Source of the DNA: Mizuhopecten yessoensis
Lineage: Eukaryota
DNA length: 64,000 nucleotides
Assembly (NCBI RefSeq): GCF_002113885.1
Contig: NW_018406838.1
Location: 189,490 to 253,489, forward strand
Reading direction: 5' to 3'
Within the stretch, counting starts at the first letter, position 1. Each line of letters starts with the position of its first letter. Shown in pieces: positions 40,547 through 55,228 of this stretch. The translations under genes and the position numbers were made by a program. Below the pieces are notes generated by a model that made no database searches, was not told where the DNA came from, and was given only the letters and a program-made list of their open reading frames with translations.

Positions 40547-43500
40547 CTAGTCTAGCATCAGTATGATGTACCAGTAGGTCACCATCAGCCAGCTCACATT
40601 GGTTCTGATCGGCTGTATAACAACCCCAGCAGGATCTGTTATCCTATCTAATCCACTCCTGATTGCCAATTACAAGCTCACTTTAAATGTCTGCATGCTT
40701 AATAGGTTAATACTGACATTAACATTGAAAGTCATGAGAAAGACGACCATGCAGATCCATCATTTACTAAAGTTAATATACTGTATTTTTGAGGAATTAT
40801 GATATTACATATCTAATATCTTATTTAACCAAACTTCAAGTTAACACAATGATGAACTACTGCTTTCTGGATTTGTACTCAATACATGTGAGCAATGAAA
40901 AGAGGGCATACCTGAAAAAATATGCAATCACCCAATATGACACATGAAAGTCAATGTGACAGGTCATTTTATTCTGACTTTATACCAGTAACATAATAAC
41001 TCCAATCTCCTATTTATATCTATTCTTTTGTTGAGTCTGTGACTTTTTTAAGATGTGAAGGGCAAAAAACCCATTATACAGTCATAGGTCAGCCTTTCAG
41101 TACGTAATGTGCCACCAGGGTGTGTGTTGGCCTCATCAGCACATTTCCTCATGACGACAATGTCTGGGTGTATTCAGCTGTGACTCGGTGAACCAGCACT
41201 GCCATTCTCCCATCATACCCAACATAGACCAGTGATATATAGATAAATGGGTAAGGTAGGTATATCAGGACAAATACAACAGCCTCATCATCTCCACAAT
41301 GATAACCTCCTCATATATGTTACTATGAAGATGATTTTATATACAATGCTATATCATCCTCACAGTACTAACCATCCTCCTTATCTAACTTGCACCCTCA
41401 TAATTTAACATCTAACATCATCTTTATCTAACTCTGTCTTTTTATAAATTGCACATCTATTCTTATCTAACGATGTGATCATCTAACCTTGTCATCTACC
41501 ATTGTATTCATCGATCTGACCTTCTCTGGTGACCTTACAGTGTCCCTATAGTGACCCCAGTGAGTACACTCCTACCACAAAAGATGTGTCCTCCTTAATA
41601 TGTACTCTGTGACCACACATTAAATACTCCTGCCACAACAGGTGCCCCCTCTTTGTACTCTAACATCCTGTTCCAATTAACTGATTGTCTCATTAATCTT
41701 TAGATTTCTTATCAGTATGAATATAGATACATAACTAGCTTCCTAGTGCGACTGACAAGTTCTTACGGAGCTATGTTTCCTACTACAATAAATGACTGAC
41801 TATAGCTACTGAGTCTACAGGGCCTGCTGTCTAGTCTTCTACTCCGGTTGATCAGCACAGTGTAGGACTACACAATATAAAAGGGTCTCCTGTTTGGCCT
41901 AAGACTAATGATGGATCTTCTGTTTGGCCTCAGGCTACTGTAGGGTCATGTGTTTGGCCTAAGAAATTTGGGGCCTACTGTTCGGCCTCCTGTTGAGTTT
42001 TAGGTATAAGGTTACCACTGTGTGTTATTTTAAGCCTACTGTCAAGTTTAGTGTTGATATATTATTACACAGGATAATTACTCGTTTTGTACCTGTGTAC
42101 TACCGCTGATGTCACACAGAGATAACATATCTGTCAGCTCAGGATTCAATCATGATCCTCATATATCAACATTTAAATAAAGTGAATTGTATAACTGTGA
42201 GTTTATCATATTTTTATTTAACAATGCTATTCTTGTACCTGTGGTTCAACATGTATTAATACACAATCATACAAACACGTATACAACTCAATATATCACA
42301 GCATGTTACCCACCATTAGTTCTCCTACGGTTGTTGTATCACATCATTACACAAATTCCAGGTACAATGTACTTTATATTACAACGTATACAAAAGGTGA
42401 ACAAAATATAGGACGTCCTTTGATTTTAGACGTGGGTATATGTAACCCCCTCCTCAACTTCTCTCAGAGAAACAGCTGACACGTTAGCATTTTACTGTAA
42501 ATGACTGTTGTGAACCAAACTTCAAAAGTGTTTACTCATATTACATTAATGTCCTGCCTCACATCATTCATACTTTCGTCATATTTAAATATCCAGCCAT
42601 TATCTAATACCAAGCTGTCTCCTATTTAATAGTCAAAAAAGTCAGTTTTTGTTATGTATAATGTCTATATAAAATCCAAGAGCTTGATTATAGATTATGG
42701 TTACAAAAATATTTGCCATATGTGAGAGTGGCGACTATAACTTGAAGCAATTAAATATCTTGATACTGGATTTTTGTTACGGGTAAATGTTTGCCACATA
42801 TACAGGATGGCTTATAAACATTCATCATCCATATTATATCATTTAATTTAAATTTTGCAGTCATTATAGAAGAAAAATAATGAATAATTTCTCTAAAATC
42901 TCTACAGGATTATAGTAGCTGAGATAAGAATTAGAGTACCTGGGTAATATGTTTGTATATGAGACATTATAGACAATGTACCATCCACTAAAAGGTTTAA
43001 AACAATCTTTACCAGGATCTATTGAAGTTATACAGAAATCTTTCTTTCAACTATTGTCTGTAATGACTAATAAATAAGGATGATGTAAGTTTTATTTTCA
43101 CTTTTGATAACATATCTGTTATCATTCTGCAGAAGCTTTGCCTGGATCCTGGACAGGAATGTGTCAAGATTGTAATCGGATTACAATTTAATGTCTAAAT
43201 ACCAGGTAAGTGTCATGTGACCTGTCTGCAGCCTCCACAACAAATACAGGTATCATTTCGCCACGAGGTCACAGGGGGCATGTCTTTATCAGGCCAGATC
43301 TACCCGATATACTCTTATTGATAGACCTGACTGCACATCACACCATCATCACCTCATCATACTGATGTTCCAAGGCTACACTACCTCCAAATCATTTAAC
43401 ACAGCTCCTTATACATATATATATTCCATTTCCATGATGTTTATTCCATACTAGGTGATGAGAATCCCACATAATAGTTCCACATATGCTCATCACAATA

Positions 43501-44254
43501 GATAATTAGGTTTTGCAGCTGCCTGTTACAGCACCTACCCATACCTACCACTAAAGGTGACAAGAATGGGACAGCTACCACATCCCCTCAACTCTTTATA
43601 GGAGGCCAGGATAGATACTGGCTACCAGCACCTCTAGTTTATCTTCCCTTAGTTTAAAACTCAAAATCCAAGTGATCAAAATTATTTGAGTCTCACATAT
43701 TTTTTCTGAATAATTTGATATTATAGAGATGGAGGCCAGTACTTGTATGTCACCAAAACCCCCTCGAATTTGGGGAGGTGGCAGCTACTGTTAACCCCTA
43801 CTCGACTCTCTGTCGGTGTGGCAACTAGCTGCCGTTAACACCACACCGCAACTTTTAGCATAATACTGATGACAACAGTGTCAGAAATTACAATGTACAG
43901 TAACACCGCCTTTTGCCCTTTTTCAATATTTTCACTTAAAGCAATGTTATCACACACACTGATGATTGACACACCTCTATCAACATGCTGTATTACACCT
44001 GATAAGGAGGCAGGTAAATGATGAGTGGGGCAGGTTAGCTTTTATGCCACAACATCAGAGATATGCATGTCTGTTTTACAACTCCCATGTTGAATACTTC
44101 ATTAATAAAGCATTATGAAATATCAGTTTTCTTATTGCTCCAATTCGCCGCTGTGTTTTCATTCAATAACTCAACGTCTGAACTGATAGCAGCACTATTC
44201 TGGTGACAAAATTGTCTGTTGATATAAAACCAAAAAATCACAGAATTTTACATA

Positions 44255-46310
44255 CAGTTGAACCTCGTTATCTCGAACTCTTATAACTCGAAGACCCTGT
44301 TTATCTTGAAGTATTTCTCTGGTCCCAGCCAAATCTCTTCTTTATCTTAGTAAATCAAACTCTGATAATTCGAACCCTGAAAACTCGAAAAACTTGAAGT
44401 AAGATATTGGTTTCAACAGCATAAATACAACACCAAAACATCGTCTACTTCATATTCTAACATGATTCGTTTGCAACGCGTGTTTTGATTGGATACGGAC
44501 CATGTTCTAATCTGCGATAGAATCATGATCAATCATGTTAAACTCCTCCCATCGCACTTAAGCCACGCCCCAATTCTAACCAAAACAATATGGCGTCAAG
44601 CTCGCCTCTTAGCGAAATCCCGCTGATAAAGCTAGCAGGCAACAGAACAGAAACGACCGATGAAATGTATATGTTGAATAAATGAAAAAGTAAAAAAGTA
44701 CACATTCCTTTTTCTTACCTTCATTTTTTTCTGAAACGTTCGTTCCATCCGTGTGAAGGAATCTACTTAGATCCGAAATCAAATGAAACATTTCACATGT
44801 GTCGTATGCATTTACACAAAACTCTTCACAAATCTATACAAATGATCACCGATTTTGTCGATAAGCACAGATTGATATACATACTGACATGGAAATGTAA
44901 GAACTTGGTCAATATTAATCCAAATGTGTTGTATAAACTTTGGTAGCAGGGCGTTTACGAACAATCCAAATATTCCGCCTCGTCAACATACAGATCGAGC
45001 GCTCGGCAGTATGGGCAGGGCCAAATGACCGACTTTTGAAATTTTCTTTCCGATTGGTCAGTCCGCTGCACAATGACACGTCGCCAGTTCAGGTCACAAA
45101 GTATTTTACTACATACTTTTGTACAAGGAAATACAATGTTTCTAAACATATTAGCATAGTATATTTGTTAAGGTGTGTTAGAATGGGGATAGTACGTTGT
45201 TTTTCGTGTCTATACTGGCGATTAGAACATGAAACTTTGTTTAAACTCTCGACCTATCGGTCTCGAGTTCAAACCCAAATTTCATATTCTAATCGCCAGT
45301 ATAGCCAATCAAAACAACGTACTATCCCCTAAGTGTTCTAATTTCATTTTGTCATTTATCAATTACCCGATACAAATAAAACGCAAAACTACGGCATCTT
45401 GCCATTCCGTGATTACAAACATCTTTCGTGAGTAGACCAGCATAAAATCATCGTTGTTCATAATAAAAAACAAACTTCATCAATGTTGATCAACAGTAGT
45501 CTGTAATTGCTGCAAGTCCGTTTAATGATTGGGTCACAAAGCGTGGTCATGCATGAAAGACTTCCACAGTTAAAATCACAACCTAGGACAGCTTCACGGG
45601 TTCATGTTTTTACAGGAGCCAGAATGGCTTTGAAAGTCAATCGAGAGATTTTAATAACAATACGATAATTGCTGTAGATTACATCGAGTTGAGGATCGGG
45701 GTGTCAGGTGTCATATTTGGCTTTAATGAATCAATATGTTACATGTACATGTACGATAGAATCTGTTTGTGTGTGTTTACTTTTAAAGAATCAATTATGC
45801 GTACGCTCCATTACAGTGATTTCTTTTAGACTTGCGCAATCTCATTTCCGCATTGTATAGTACGAGGTCGGAGACAGCGGGATAGTTTGATTTTAAATTT
45901 AACACTTCAGAGGTAAAACTTGACGGAATTGCAAAAACAAATGGGAAGATTTTGCCAGGATTAGCCCAAAACAACATTTAATCACTAGGCGAGCCATATT
46001 TCATAACGATTAACAATATGATCTAACCGTTTCTATCTCATTAAACGAAAGTACATTTTTTTTCAGAAATAACTTACTCTATTTTTGAAAGCGTGTTGTA
46101 AAATAACATACCTGTATTTGTTATATTGATTACTTATGTCATTCATGGATTGATTATAAGCATTGGCTATTAATAAAAATCAATGACTGCTAGTGCTATT
46201 GCCAAACAGCAAATTTCATGTCAAATATATGAAACCGCACAACTCGAATACTCGGATAACTCAAAGTTTTCCCACGACCCCGTCGACTTCGAGATAAAGA
46301 GGTTCGACTG
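44255..46310. mobile_element. Non-autonomous Tc1/mariner-superfamily (pogo/Tigger-type) DNA transposon
   Basis: TIRs CAGTTGAACCTCGTTATCTCGAA / TTCGAGATAAAGAGGTTCGACTG (21/23 match), TA TSD on both sides, sub-terminal ACTCGAA repeats, no intact transposase. Confidence 0.9.
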
Positions 46311-46467
46311 TACTTTCATTGATAATTCATAGTATTTTTCAACTTCCTAAGGGCACTCTCATTAGAGCACGTCCCTTTATCGAATCAAAATCAGGTAGCT
46401 CAGCTATGTGGTGAAAGTATTAATTTCCTTTGAGAATCAGGTGTAAGTATCTAATCAGAGAATTAGG

Positions 46468-47091
46468 AGTGTAAACCGACTCATCTTAGTCGTGTGAGTG
46501 TAAACAGACTCATCTTAGTCGTGTGAGTGTAAACAGATTCATCTAAGTCATGTGAGTGTAAACAGACTCATCTTAGTCGTGTGAGTGTAAACAGACTCAT
46601 CTAAGTCGTGTGAGTGTAAACAGACTCATCTTAGTCGAGCGAGTGTAAACAGACTCATCTTAGTCGTGTGAGTGTAAACAGACTCATCTTAGTTGTGTGA
46701 GTGCAAACCAACTCATCTTAGTCGTGTGAGTGTAAACAGACTCATCTAAGTCGTGTGAGTGTAAATTGACTCATCTTAGTCGTGTGAGTGCAAACTGACT
46801 CATCTTAGTCGTGTGAGTGTAAACAGATCCATCTTAGTCATGTGAGTGTAAACAGACTCATCTTAATCGTGTGAGTGTAAACAGACTCATCGTAGTAGTG
46901 TGTGTGTAAATTGACTCATCTTAGTCTTGTGAGTGTAAATTGACTCATCTTAGTCGTGTGAGTGTAAACAGATTCATCTTAGTCATGTGAGTGTAAACAG
47001 ATTCATCTTAGTCATGTGAGTGTTAACAGACTCATCTTAGTCGTGTGAGTGTGTAAACAGACTCATTTTAGTTGTGTGAGTGTAAACAGAC
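46468..47091. repeat. 29-bp minisatellite, ~21 copies
   Basis: GAGTGTAAACAGACTCATCTTAGTCGTGT. Confidence 0.96.
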
Positions 47092-47827
47092 TTCAGATTT
47101 TCTGCTCATACATGTACACAGTGTCCCACCAATAACCTCTGTTCAGTTTCCCACACTCGAGTGATGTTAGCTTATAATGCACAGATTTAAACTGTTTTTA
47201 TGTTAGATAAAACCTCCTCTACAACCACTGCTTGATTTAAATTTAACCCAATATCCTGGTCTGTATGTTTGTAATCCTGTGCTAATATTTACAAGATCCT
47301 TATCATGTTCATTTTTCAATTTGATATTGACTAGTGGGTTTCTTGATATGTATGTACTGGGAACATGTACAGTAACATGTACATTAGATGTGTCCCGCAA
47401 ACTTATCACTGGGCTCCTATCAATATAAATATCTGTCTAAATCCTCATACCATCCCTATCATCATTTGATCCAAGTATCACACACCACAGCCATAGGTGG
47501 TACATTTCAAACGAATATTTAGTAGGTAGTCTTTTCAAGGAATCCTAAAAGAGGATATTGTGTCTCAGAAAGGCCTGATTGTACATAGGTCTGGTGGAGT
47601 GGCATTGGTTTGAGAGGTGAACCAGTACACACCTACCAGTACAGCCCATACAGAAGGGAAGTAGAACGGGCAACATCCATATACCTGACAGAGCTCCTCA
47701 GTTTAATGAGCCCAGCTTTACTGCTACCACAGAATGTTCCACTAGAAACTACAGATAGATCCCTTACCCAATACTTTTTAATTTTAAATCATGCCCCTAT
47801 ACAAAAATATAAATATCTAAAGAAAAA

Positions 47828-48340
47828 CAAGAGTCCCAGTGGGCCTACATTTTGTATATCACTCACCTGGATAAATACAGCAACCAAGGGAAATTATTCT
47901 TATTACATAAAATACTTTCTTGGGTGGATTTTAAACAATAATCACAATTTACCCTATTGGGACCCACCAATCTGCCCCCTAAAATAAAGGATTTTTATCA
48001 TTTATTACTACGTTCCCCCTATTGGGCCTCACCTCTGCCCAATTTGGGGGGGGGGGGGGAACCAGTTTATTATTTTTAAATCTCTTTGTAGTAACTGCTT
48101 TACATGAGATTGTAGTTGACAATCAATTCACCAGTAATCTTAAGCAGAACGATGATCCTCTGTGGCCTACTCTTATGTTTATATATATAATGTTTACACC
48201 AATACACAGTCGAGTTGGTACTGGAGTGGGTGTATATAGACATAGTACTTGGACCTAATGTGGAGTGCAATAACAATTCCTTACAAATTAAACTAATGGA
48301 GCCAACCAACCTGAAGCTCACTCCAAGGTTTGGGTCAGCC
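47828..48340 (-). mobile_element. Degenerate pearl/HINE copy related to the A/C family
   Basis: ACAAGAGTCCCAGTGGGCCT...TCACTCACCTG start, CCCCTATTGGGCC internal motif, decayed AAGCTCAC...GGTCAGC end. Confidence 0.55.
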
Positions 48341-49446
48341 AAATTTAACCTGCTTACTTGGAAAAATAATGTAACTTCTGATGATTATTTAACTAAATGG
48401 TTCTAAAGTTAAACACAGTCTTTTCTTTGTACAACCTATTGCTATACCTGTATGTACTACCTATAGCGTATAAATAGAGGTAGATGTTGATTAATTACAG
48501 AGGCCAAATAATAGTGTTACACTGGCAAACTATAAAGACTAAAATGTTCACATTGTGAAAATATTTTCATGAAAATATCAACAAAACAAACAGATTTTGG
48601 GGTCCATGTTGTGAACATTACAGATAAAAAAATCTATTTCTACAGTTACATTGTAGGAGAAGATATTTCACTGTGCACAGAAGAACATATAAACTGACAG
48701 GAGCCCCCAATCCCAAAACCCCATTGCCATGTTTTAGCACTCATTATGTACATGTATATAGGAATCTGAGAGTAAATGTAGCATATTTCCAGATGTAAAC
48801 ACAACAGTAGCCAGAAGGCTGGCGTTTATTTGTTTGTCACACTGCAGTCTGATAAACAACGTTATCAGTCTTTATCCTTCAGACATAGTTTTGATTTTAT
48901 CTCATTAGTATGATAACATTAAACAAATTCAATTTTCTATCCAATCTCTTTAAATATTTACTCATACAACTCACTGTACAAACTGAATTCATATAATTGA
49001 GAAAACCCTCAGGCCAAGATTTTACTTTACAAAATGGTAAGTAATAGGAAATCAATGGACAACAATCAGCCAATCTTATTTCTTTATCGGGCTGATACTT
49101 TAATTCTAGCTTTGTGATTAAATACATGTCCAGTGTAATTAATAATGTGGAATGTTTATATGAAAACTTCAGAGGTATCAACCTCGTACCAAACAGTCAA
49201 ATATATCAATAAATCTCATTGATTGCTCATTTAGGTGATTGAAGTATTCTATAATTAATACATGTTCACTGTTAAACTGGCTGACACATTCCATTTAATA
49301 TAATGAAACCTTCTGTTCTCCTAATTAAAAATCATGTACAATTGTACATGTGTAAAAATAAAAGTCAGATTCAAAATGCTGGTGACATATGGCCTCAGTG
49401 CCGGTCTGTTTCTATCAAACACACTGTCCCCAACTCATATTCCTCC

Positions 49447-52400
49447 CCACTACTGAATGAGTGTATGTCCTGCCTGTCCCCCTTGAGCTCCCCCTCCGGA
49501 TCCCCCTATGTATACCCAGCCCCCACTACTAAATGAGGTTTATGTCCCTGCCTGTGCCCCTCCCCCATCTTCCACTACTAAATGAGGTTATGTCCCTGCC
49601 TGTGCCCTCCCCAGCCCCCACTACTAAATGAGGTTATGTCCCTGCCTGTGCCCTCTCCACCCACACTACTAAATGAGGTTATGTCCCTGCCTGTGCCCCT
49701 CCTCCAGCCCCCATTACTGAATGAGGTTATGTCCCTGCCTGTGCCCTCCCCAGCCCCCCCTACTAAATGAGGTTATGTCCCTGCCTGTGCCCTCGCCACC
49801 CCCACTACTAAATGAGGTTATGTCCCTGCCTGTGCCCCTCCCCAGGCCCCATTACTGAATGAGGTTACGTCCCTGCCTGTGCCCTCCCCAGCCCCCACTA
49901 CTAAATGAGATTATGTCCCTGCCTGTGCCCCTCCCCAGCCCCCACTACTAAATGAGGTTATGTCCCTGCCTGTGCCCCTCTTCCATCTTCCACTACTAAA
50001 TGAGGTTATGTCCCTGCCTATGCCCCTCCCCAGCCCCCACTACTAAATGAGGTTATGTCCCTGTATGTGCCCCTCCCCAGGCCCCCACTACTGAATGAGG
50101 TTATGTCCCTGCATGTGTCCTCCCCCATCTCCCACCACTAAATGAGGTTATGTCCCTGCCTGTGCCCCTCCCCCAGCCCCCACTACTGAATGAGGTTTTG
50201 TCCCTGCCTGTGCCCCTCCCCAGCCCCCACTACTAAATGAGGGTATGTCCCTGCCTGTGCCCTCACCAGCCCCCCACTACTGAATGGGGTTATGTGCCTG
50301 CCTGTGCCCCTCCCCCAGCCCTCACTACTGAATGAGGTTACGTCCCCTCCTGTGCCCCTCCCCCAGCCCCCACTCCTGAATGAGGTTTTGTCCCTGCCTG
50401 TGCCCCTCCCCCGCCCCCACCACTAAATGAGGTTATGCCCCTGCCTGTGCCCTCCCCAGCACCCACTACTAAATGAGGTTATGTCCCTTCCTGTGCCCCT
50501 CCCACAGCCCCCACTACTAAAGGAGGTTATGTCCCTTCCTGTGCCCCTCCCACAGCCCCCACTACTAAAGGAGGTTATGTCCCTTCCTGTGCCCCTCCCA
50601 CAGCCCCCACTACTAAAGGAGGTTATGTCCCTTCCTGTGCCCCTCCCACAGCCCCCACTACTAAAGGAGGTTATGTCCCTTCCTGTGCCCCTCCCCCAGC
50701 CCCCCCTACTGAATGAGGTTATGTCCCTGCCTGTCCCCCTCCCCCATCTTCCACTACTAAATGAGGTTATGCCCCTGCCTGTGCCCTCCCCAGCACCCAC
50801 TACTGAATGAGGTTATGTCCCTGCCTGTGCCCTCACCAGCCCCCCACTCCTGAATGAGGTTATGTCCCTGCCTGTGTCCCCCCCCATCTCCCACTACTAA
50901 ATGCGGTTATGTCCCTGCCTATGCCCCTCCCCAGACCCCACTACTAAATGAGGTTATGTCTCTGCATGTCCCCCCCCCAGCCCCCATTCCTAAATGGGGT
51001 TATGTCCCTGCCTGTGCCCTTCCCCAGCCCCCACTACTAAATGAAGTTATGTCCCTGTATGTGGCCCTCCCCAGGCCCCCACTACTGCATGAGGTTATGT
51101 CCCTGCATGTGCCCCTCCCCAGCCCCCACTCCTAAATGAGGTTATGTCTCTGCATGTCCCCTCCCCAGCCCCCATTACTAAATGAGGTTATGTTCTGCCT
51201 GTGCCCATCCCCCAGACCCCACCACTAAATGAGGTTACGTCCCTGCCTGTGCCCTCCCCAGCACCCACTACTGAATGAGGTTATGTCCCTGCATGGGTCC
51301 TCCCCCATCTCCCACCACTAAATGAGGGTATGTCCCTGCCTGTGCCCTCCCCCAGCCCCCACTACTAAATGAGGATATGTCCCTGCCTGTCCCCTCACAA
51401 GCGCCCACTACTAAATGAGGTTATGTCTCTGCCTGTGCCCCCCCCAGCCCCCACTACTAAAGGGGGTTATGTCCCTGCCTGTGCCCTTCCCCAGCCCCCA
51501 TTACTGAATGAGGTTTTGTCCCTGCTTGTGCCCCTCCCCAGCCCCCACTCCTAAATGAGGTTATGTCTCTGCATGTCCCCTCCCCAGCCCCCATTACTAA
51601 ATAAGGTTATGTCCCTGCCTGTGCCCTTCCCCAGCCCCCATTACTGAATGAGGTTATGTCCCTGCATGTGCCCCTCCCCAGCCCCCACTCCTAAATGAGG
51701 TTATGTCCCTGCCTGTGTCCCCCCCCATCTCCCACTACTAAATGAGGTTATGTCCGTGTCTGTGCCCCTCCCCCAGCCCCCACTACTGAAGGAGGTTTTG
51801 TCCCTGCCTGTGCCCCTCCCCCGCCCCCACCACTAAATGAGGTTATGCCCCTGCCTGTGCCCTCCCCAGCACCCACTACTGAATGAGGTTATGTCCCCGC
51901 ATGTGTCCTCCCCCATCTCCCCCAACTAAATGAGGTTATGTCCCTGCATGTGCCATCCCCAGCCCCCCTTACTAAATGAGGTTATGTCCCTGCATGTGCC
52001 CTCCCCCACCCCCCACCACTAAATGAGGTTATGTCCCCGCCTGTGCCCTCCCCAGCCCCCCACTACTGAATGAGGTTATGTCCCCGCCTGTGCCCCTCCC
52101 CCAGCCCCCACTCCTGAATGAGGTTAGGTCCCTGCCTGTGCCCCTCCCCAGCCCCCAGTACTAAATGAGGTTATGTCCCTGCTTGTGTCCTCCCCCATCT
52201 CCCACTACTAAATGAGGTTATGTCTCTGCATGTCCCCCCCCCAGCCCCCATTCCTAAATGGGGTTATGTCCCTGCCTGTGCCCCTCCCCAGACCCCCACT
52301 ACTAAATGAGGTTATATCCCTGTATGTGCCCCTCCCCAGGCCCCCACTACTGCATGAGGTTATGTCCCTGCATGTGCCCCTCTTCCATCTTCCACTACTA

Positions 52401-53068
52401 AATGAGGTTATGTCTCTGCCTGTGCCCCCCCCAGCCCCCACTACTAAATGAAGTTATGTCCCTGTATGTGGCCCTCCCCAGGCCCCCACTACTGCATGAG
52501 GTTATGTCCCTGCATGTGCCCCTCCCCAGCCCCCACTCCTAAATGAGGTTATGTCTCTGCATGTCCCCCCCCCAGCCCCCATTCCTAAATGGGGTTATGT
52601 CCCTGCCTGTGCCCTCCCCACCCACACTACTAAATGAGGTTATGTCCCTTCCTGTGCCCCTCCCACAGCCCCCACTACTAAAGGAGGTTATGTCCCTTCC
52701 TGTGCCCCTCCCACAGCCCCCACTACTAAAGGAGGTTATGTCCCTGCCTGTGCCCTCCCCCAGCCCCCACTACTAAATGAGGTTATGTCCCTGCCTATGC
52801 CCCCACTACTAAATCAGGTTTATGTCCCTGTCTGTGCCCCTCCCCCAGCCCCCACTACTAAATGAGGTTATGTCCCTGCCTGTGCCCCTCCCCCAGCCCC
52901 CACTACTAAAGGAGGTTACGTCCCTGCCTGTGCCCTTCCCAGCCCCCCCCTACTGGATGAGGGTATGTCCCTGCCTATGCCCCCCCCCGCCCCCCACTAC
53001 TAAATGAGGGTATGTCCCTGCCTATGCCCTCCCCAGCCCCCCACTACTGAATGAGGTTACGTCCCTGT
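49447..53068. repeat. 46-48-bp C-rich minisatellite, ~75 copies
   Basis: CCCACTACTAAATGAGGTTATGTCCCTGCCTGTGCCCCTCCCCAGCC. Confidence 0.97.
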
Positions 53069-54558
53069 GTAGATCTCCACAGAATCCACTTGTCTTTGAT
53101 AAGTGGGAATCAATGAAGTGGGGCCAACAAATGGCAGTTCCTGCATTATTGATAACAATGCTCCCTAAGGAAATACAGCCTCTGTTTACAGTATGTCATA
53201 GCAAGGGCCAAACAACAACAAACTTATTTATATCAGCAGTCTTCTTAGAGTTCTATTTGTACACAGACCGCCACCAATCCTAGTTAAGTAGAAATGAATT
53301 TCTATTTAATATCACACATATACCTTTCTTTAATAGTATATTAGCCTCCATGGAAGCTTCAAGGTTGAGGATTTTGTGGATAGGCTAAAAGTATATCCAG
53401 CTAGTACAGCTTGCTGTATCATGCTACTGTTGATTTACAGTGTAGATAGTAGATATCTGGTCGTAGATCACTACTCCTGCTACCTCTATTACATAATCCT
53501 TACAAATACATTGTACTACCAACTTGGGGAACCCATCATCATTAACCTTTTTGTCAATATTAACTGTGAGAAACAAGATTTTATACACTATATCAATATT
53601 TATCCAGGGATAATTATTTCCATTACATCCAAGTTCAGGTAATCAAGTTGATGAATATATTCAGGTACAAAGAAATATTTCAAAATATCAAATTTCTAAA
53701 AGATTAATTTTGACAAGTTTATATTCTAAGTGTCATTAAACTCATTTTCAATGGTTAGGCCATAATAGTTTAAGGACCGTAATACAATCATTAAATGGTG
53801 TTAGCATATATATCAGCTGGGACTTGAACTCTGTATATATATATCCACTTATACATATCTTGAAATTTTCTTCGTATTATGACAAATAGCATTTTCTGTT
53901 GGCTCAGTTGTTTATAGAGCAGCATATTTCAATCTACTCACACAATCCATACTAGATGCCCTTGTCCATACAGACTACATATTATAACCTGATGTGTGAC
54001 TCTCCGTATGATTATCCCTTTTGTTCCCACATAGAATTTCTAACCCAAATGAAAGTTTTATAACCACAATCTGGATTCCTAAACGAGAACACAGAAATGT
54101 AGCATTACTTCCAGTGTGAATACAACAATGATAGCCTATAACTACTCCCTGAGAAACTGGTCCAACGGGTTACAGTGTACGTTAAGTGTAGGTTACATGT
54201 GCCACTCGACAGGAATTAATAGCTGTGGTCCCCTTTATATTCAGGGGGAACCAACACAGAGCTACACAAAAACATAATAGTATATATATGATCCAGACCA
54301 CCTACAAATATTTTCTGAATCCACTCTGCTTTGAATTTTAAGCCACCATCAGCTACAAAATCGTACAAATTGTTTAACACATGGGTAATATCAGAATGTC
54401 CTGGTTAAATAAACATTACCTTATTAAGTTGTGTCTAGTGCCACTGTATGGTTAATAATCCCTCATTCTGGGATTTTCCGGACTCGCACTATTTAAGTCC
54501 CAGACTCCTGCTTTTCCTGAGGGACTCACCAACCTTAATGTTATATGTCTTTGGAACG

Positions 54559-55228
54559 CAGTCTGTGATGTTAACTATTTTCCTTACTCGTCGCTTGGAC
54601 TAGTGAACCCATAATTTTAATAGTCCAACTGTGAATTTGCTAGTCCAAATAACAGACTGGTCTTTTTTACAGCATGAAGTGTAAATTGTGATCTAAATTG
54701 GAAAATTATTAGAAATCAAAACAGAATGTCTCTCAATAATTAACTAAAGAAACGGAGCATGGAATGTGATCGCCAATTATCTCTAATACAGTACTACTGT
54801 TGTTTCCATCGAGCCTTTAAGCACTAGCCAGAACTGTAATTTTTTCTTTCGTGTTGGAGCAATTTTTTCTGTCTGTTCACAGACAGTTTTAGCTGGTTTT
54901 GAACCTTCCCTCCAACTTAGCAACATCGCCATAGTTGGTTTCACGTGGTTATAAACCGGAAGTAATGTTCGGCAACTACTAAAATCCGGAACCCTGTCTC
55001 GCGATCGCTCATCGATACTTCGAAGCTTTGACGAATATTGTATTTTACGATAGGATTAGAATATGTGACACGCTTTATAGTGCAAAATCTATACCACTAT
55101 TATTATTTCCATTATTTTGGAGGAAAATTGCCACTAGTCCAGTCGGACTAGTTAAATATTTTCAATACTAGTCCAGACTTAAATTTACTAGTCGTGGGCA
55201 TCAGACTAGTGCCTAAGGTCGCAGACTG
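54559..55228. mobile_element. hAT-like MITE
   Basis: TIRs CAGTCTGTGA / TCGCAGACTG; sub-terminal ACTAGTCC/GGACTAGT repeats; flanking direct repeat GGAACG (54553-54558, 55229-55234). Confidence 0.75.

Noticed and set aside
49582-53007. Proline-rich (formin/extensin-like) ORFs
   Set aside because: Minisatellite with frequent 1-2-bp unit-length changes that break the frame.
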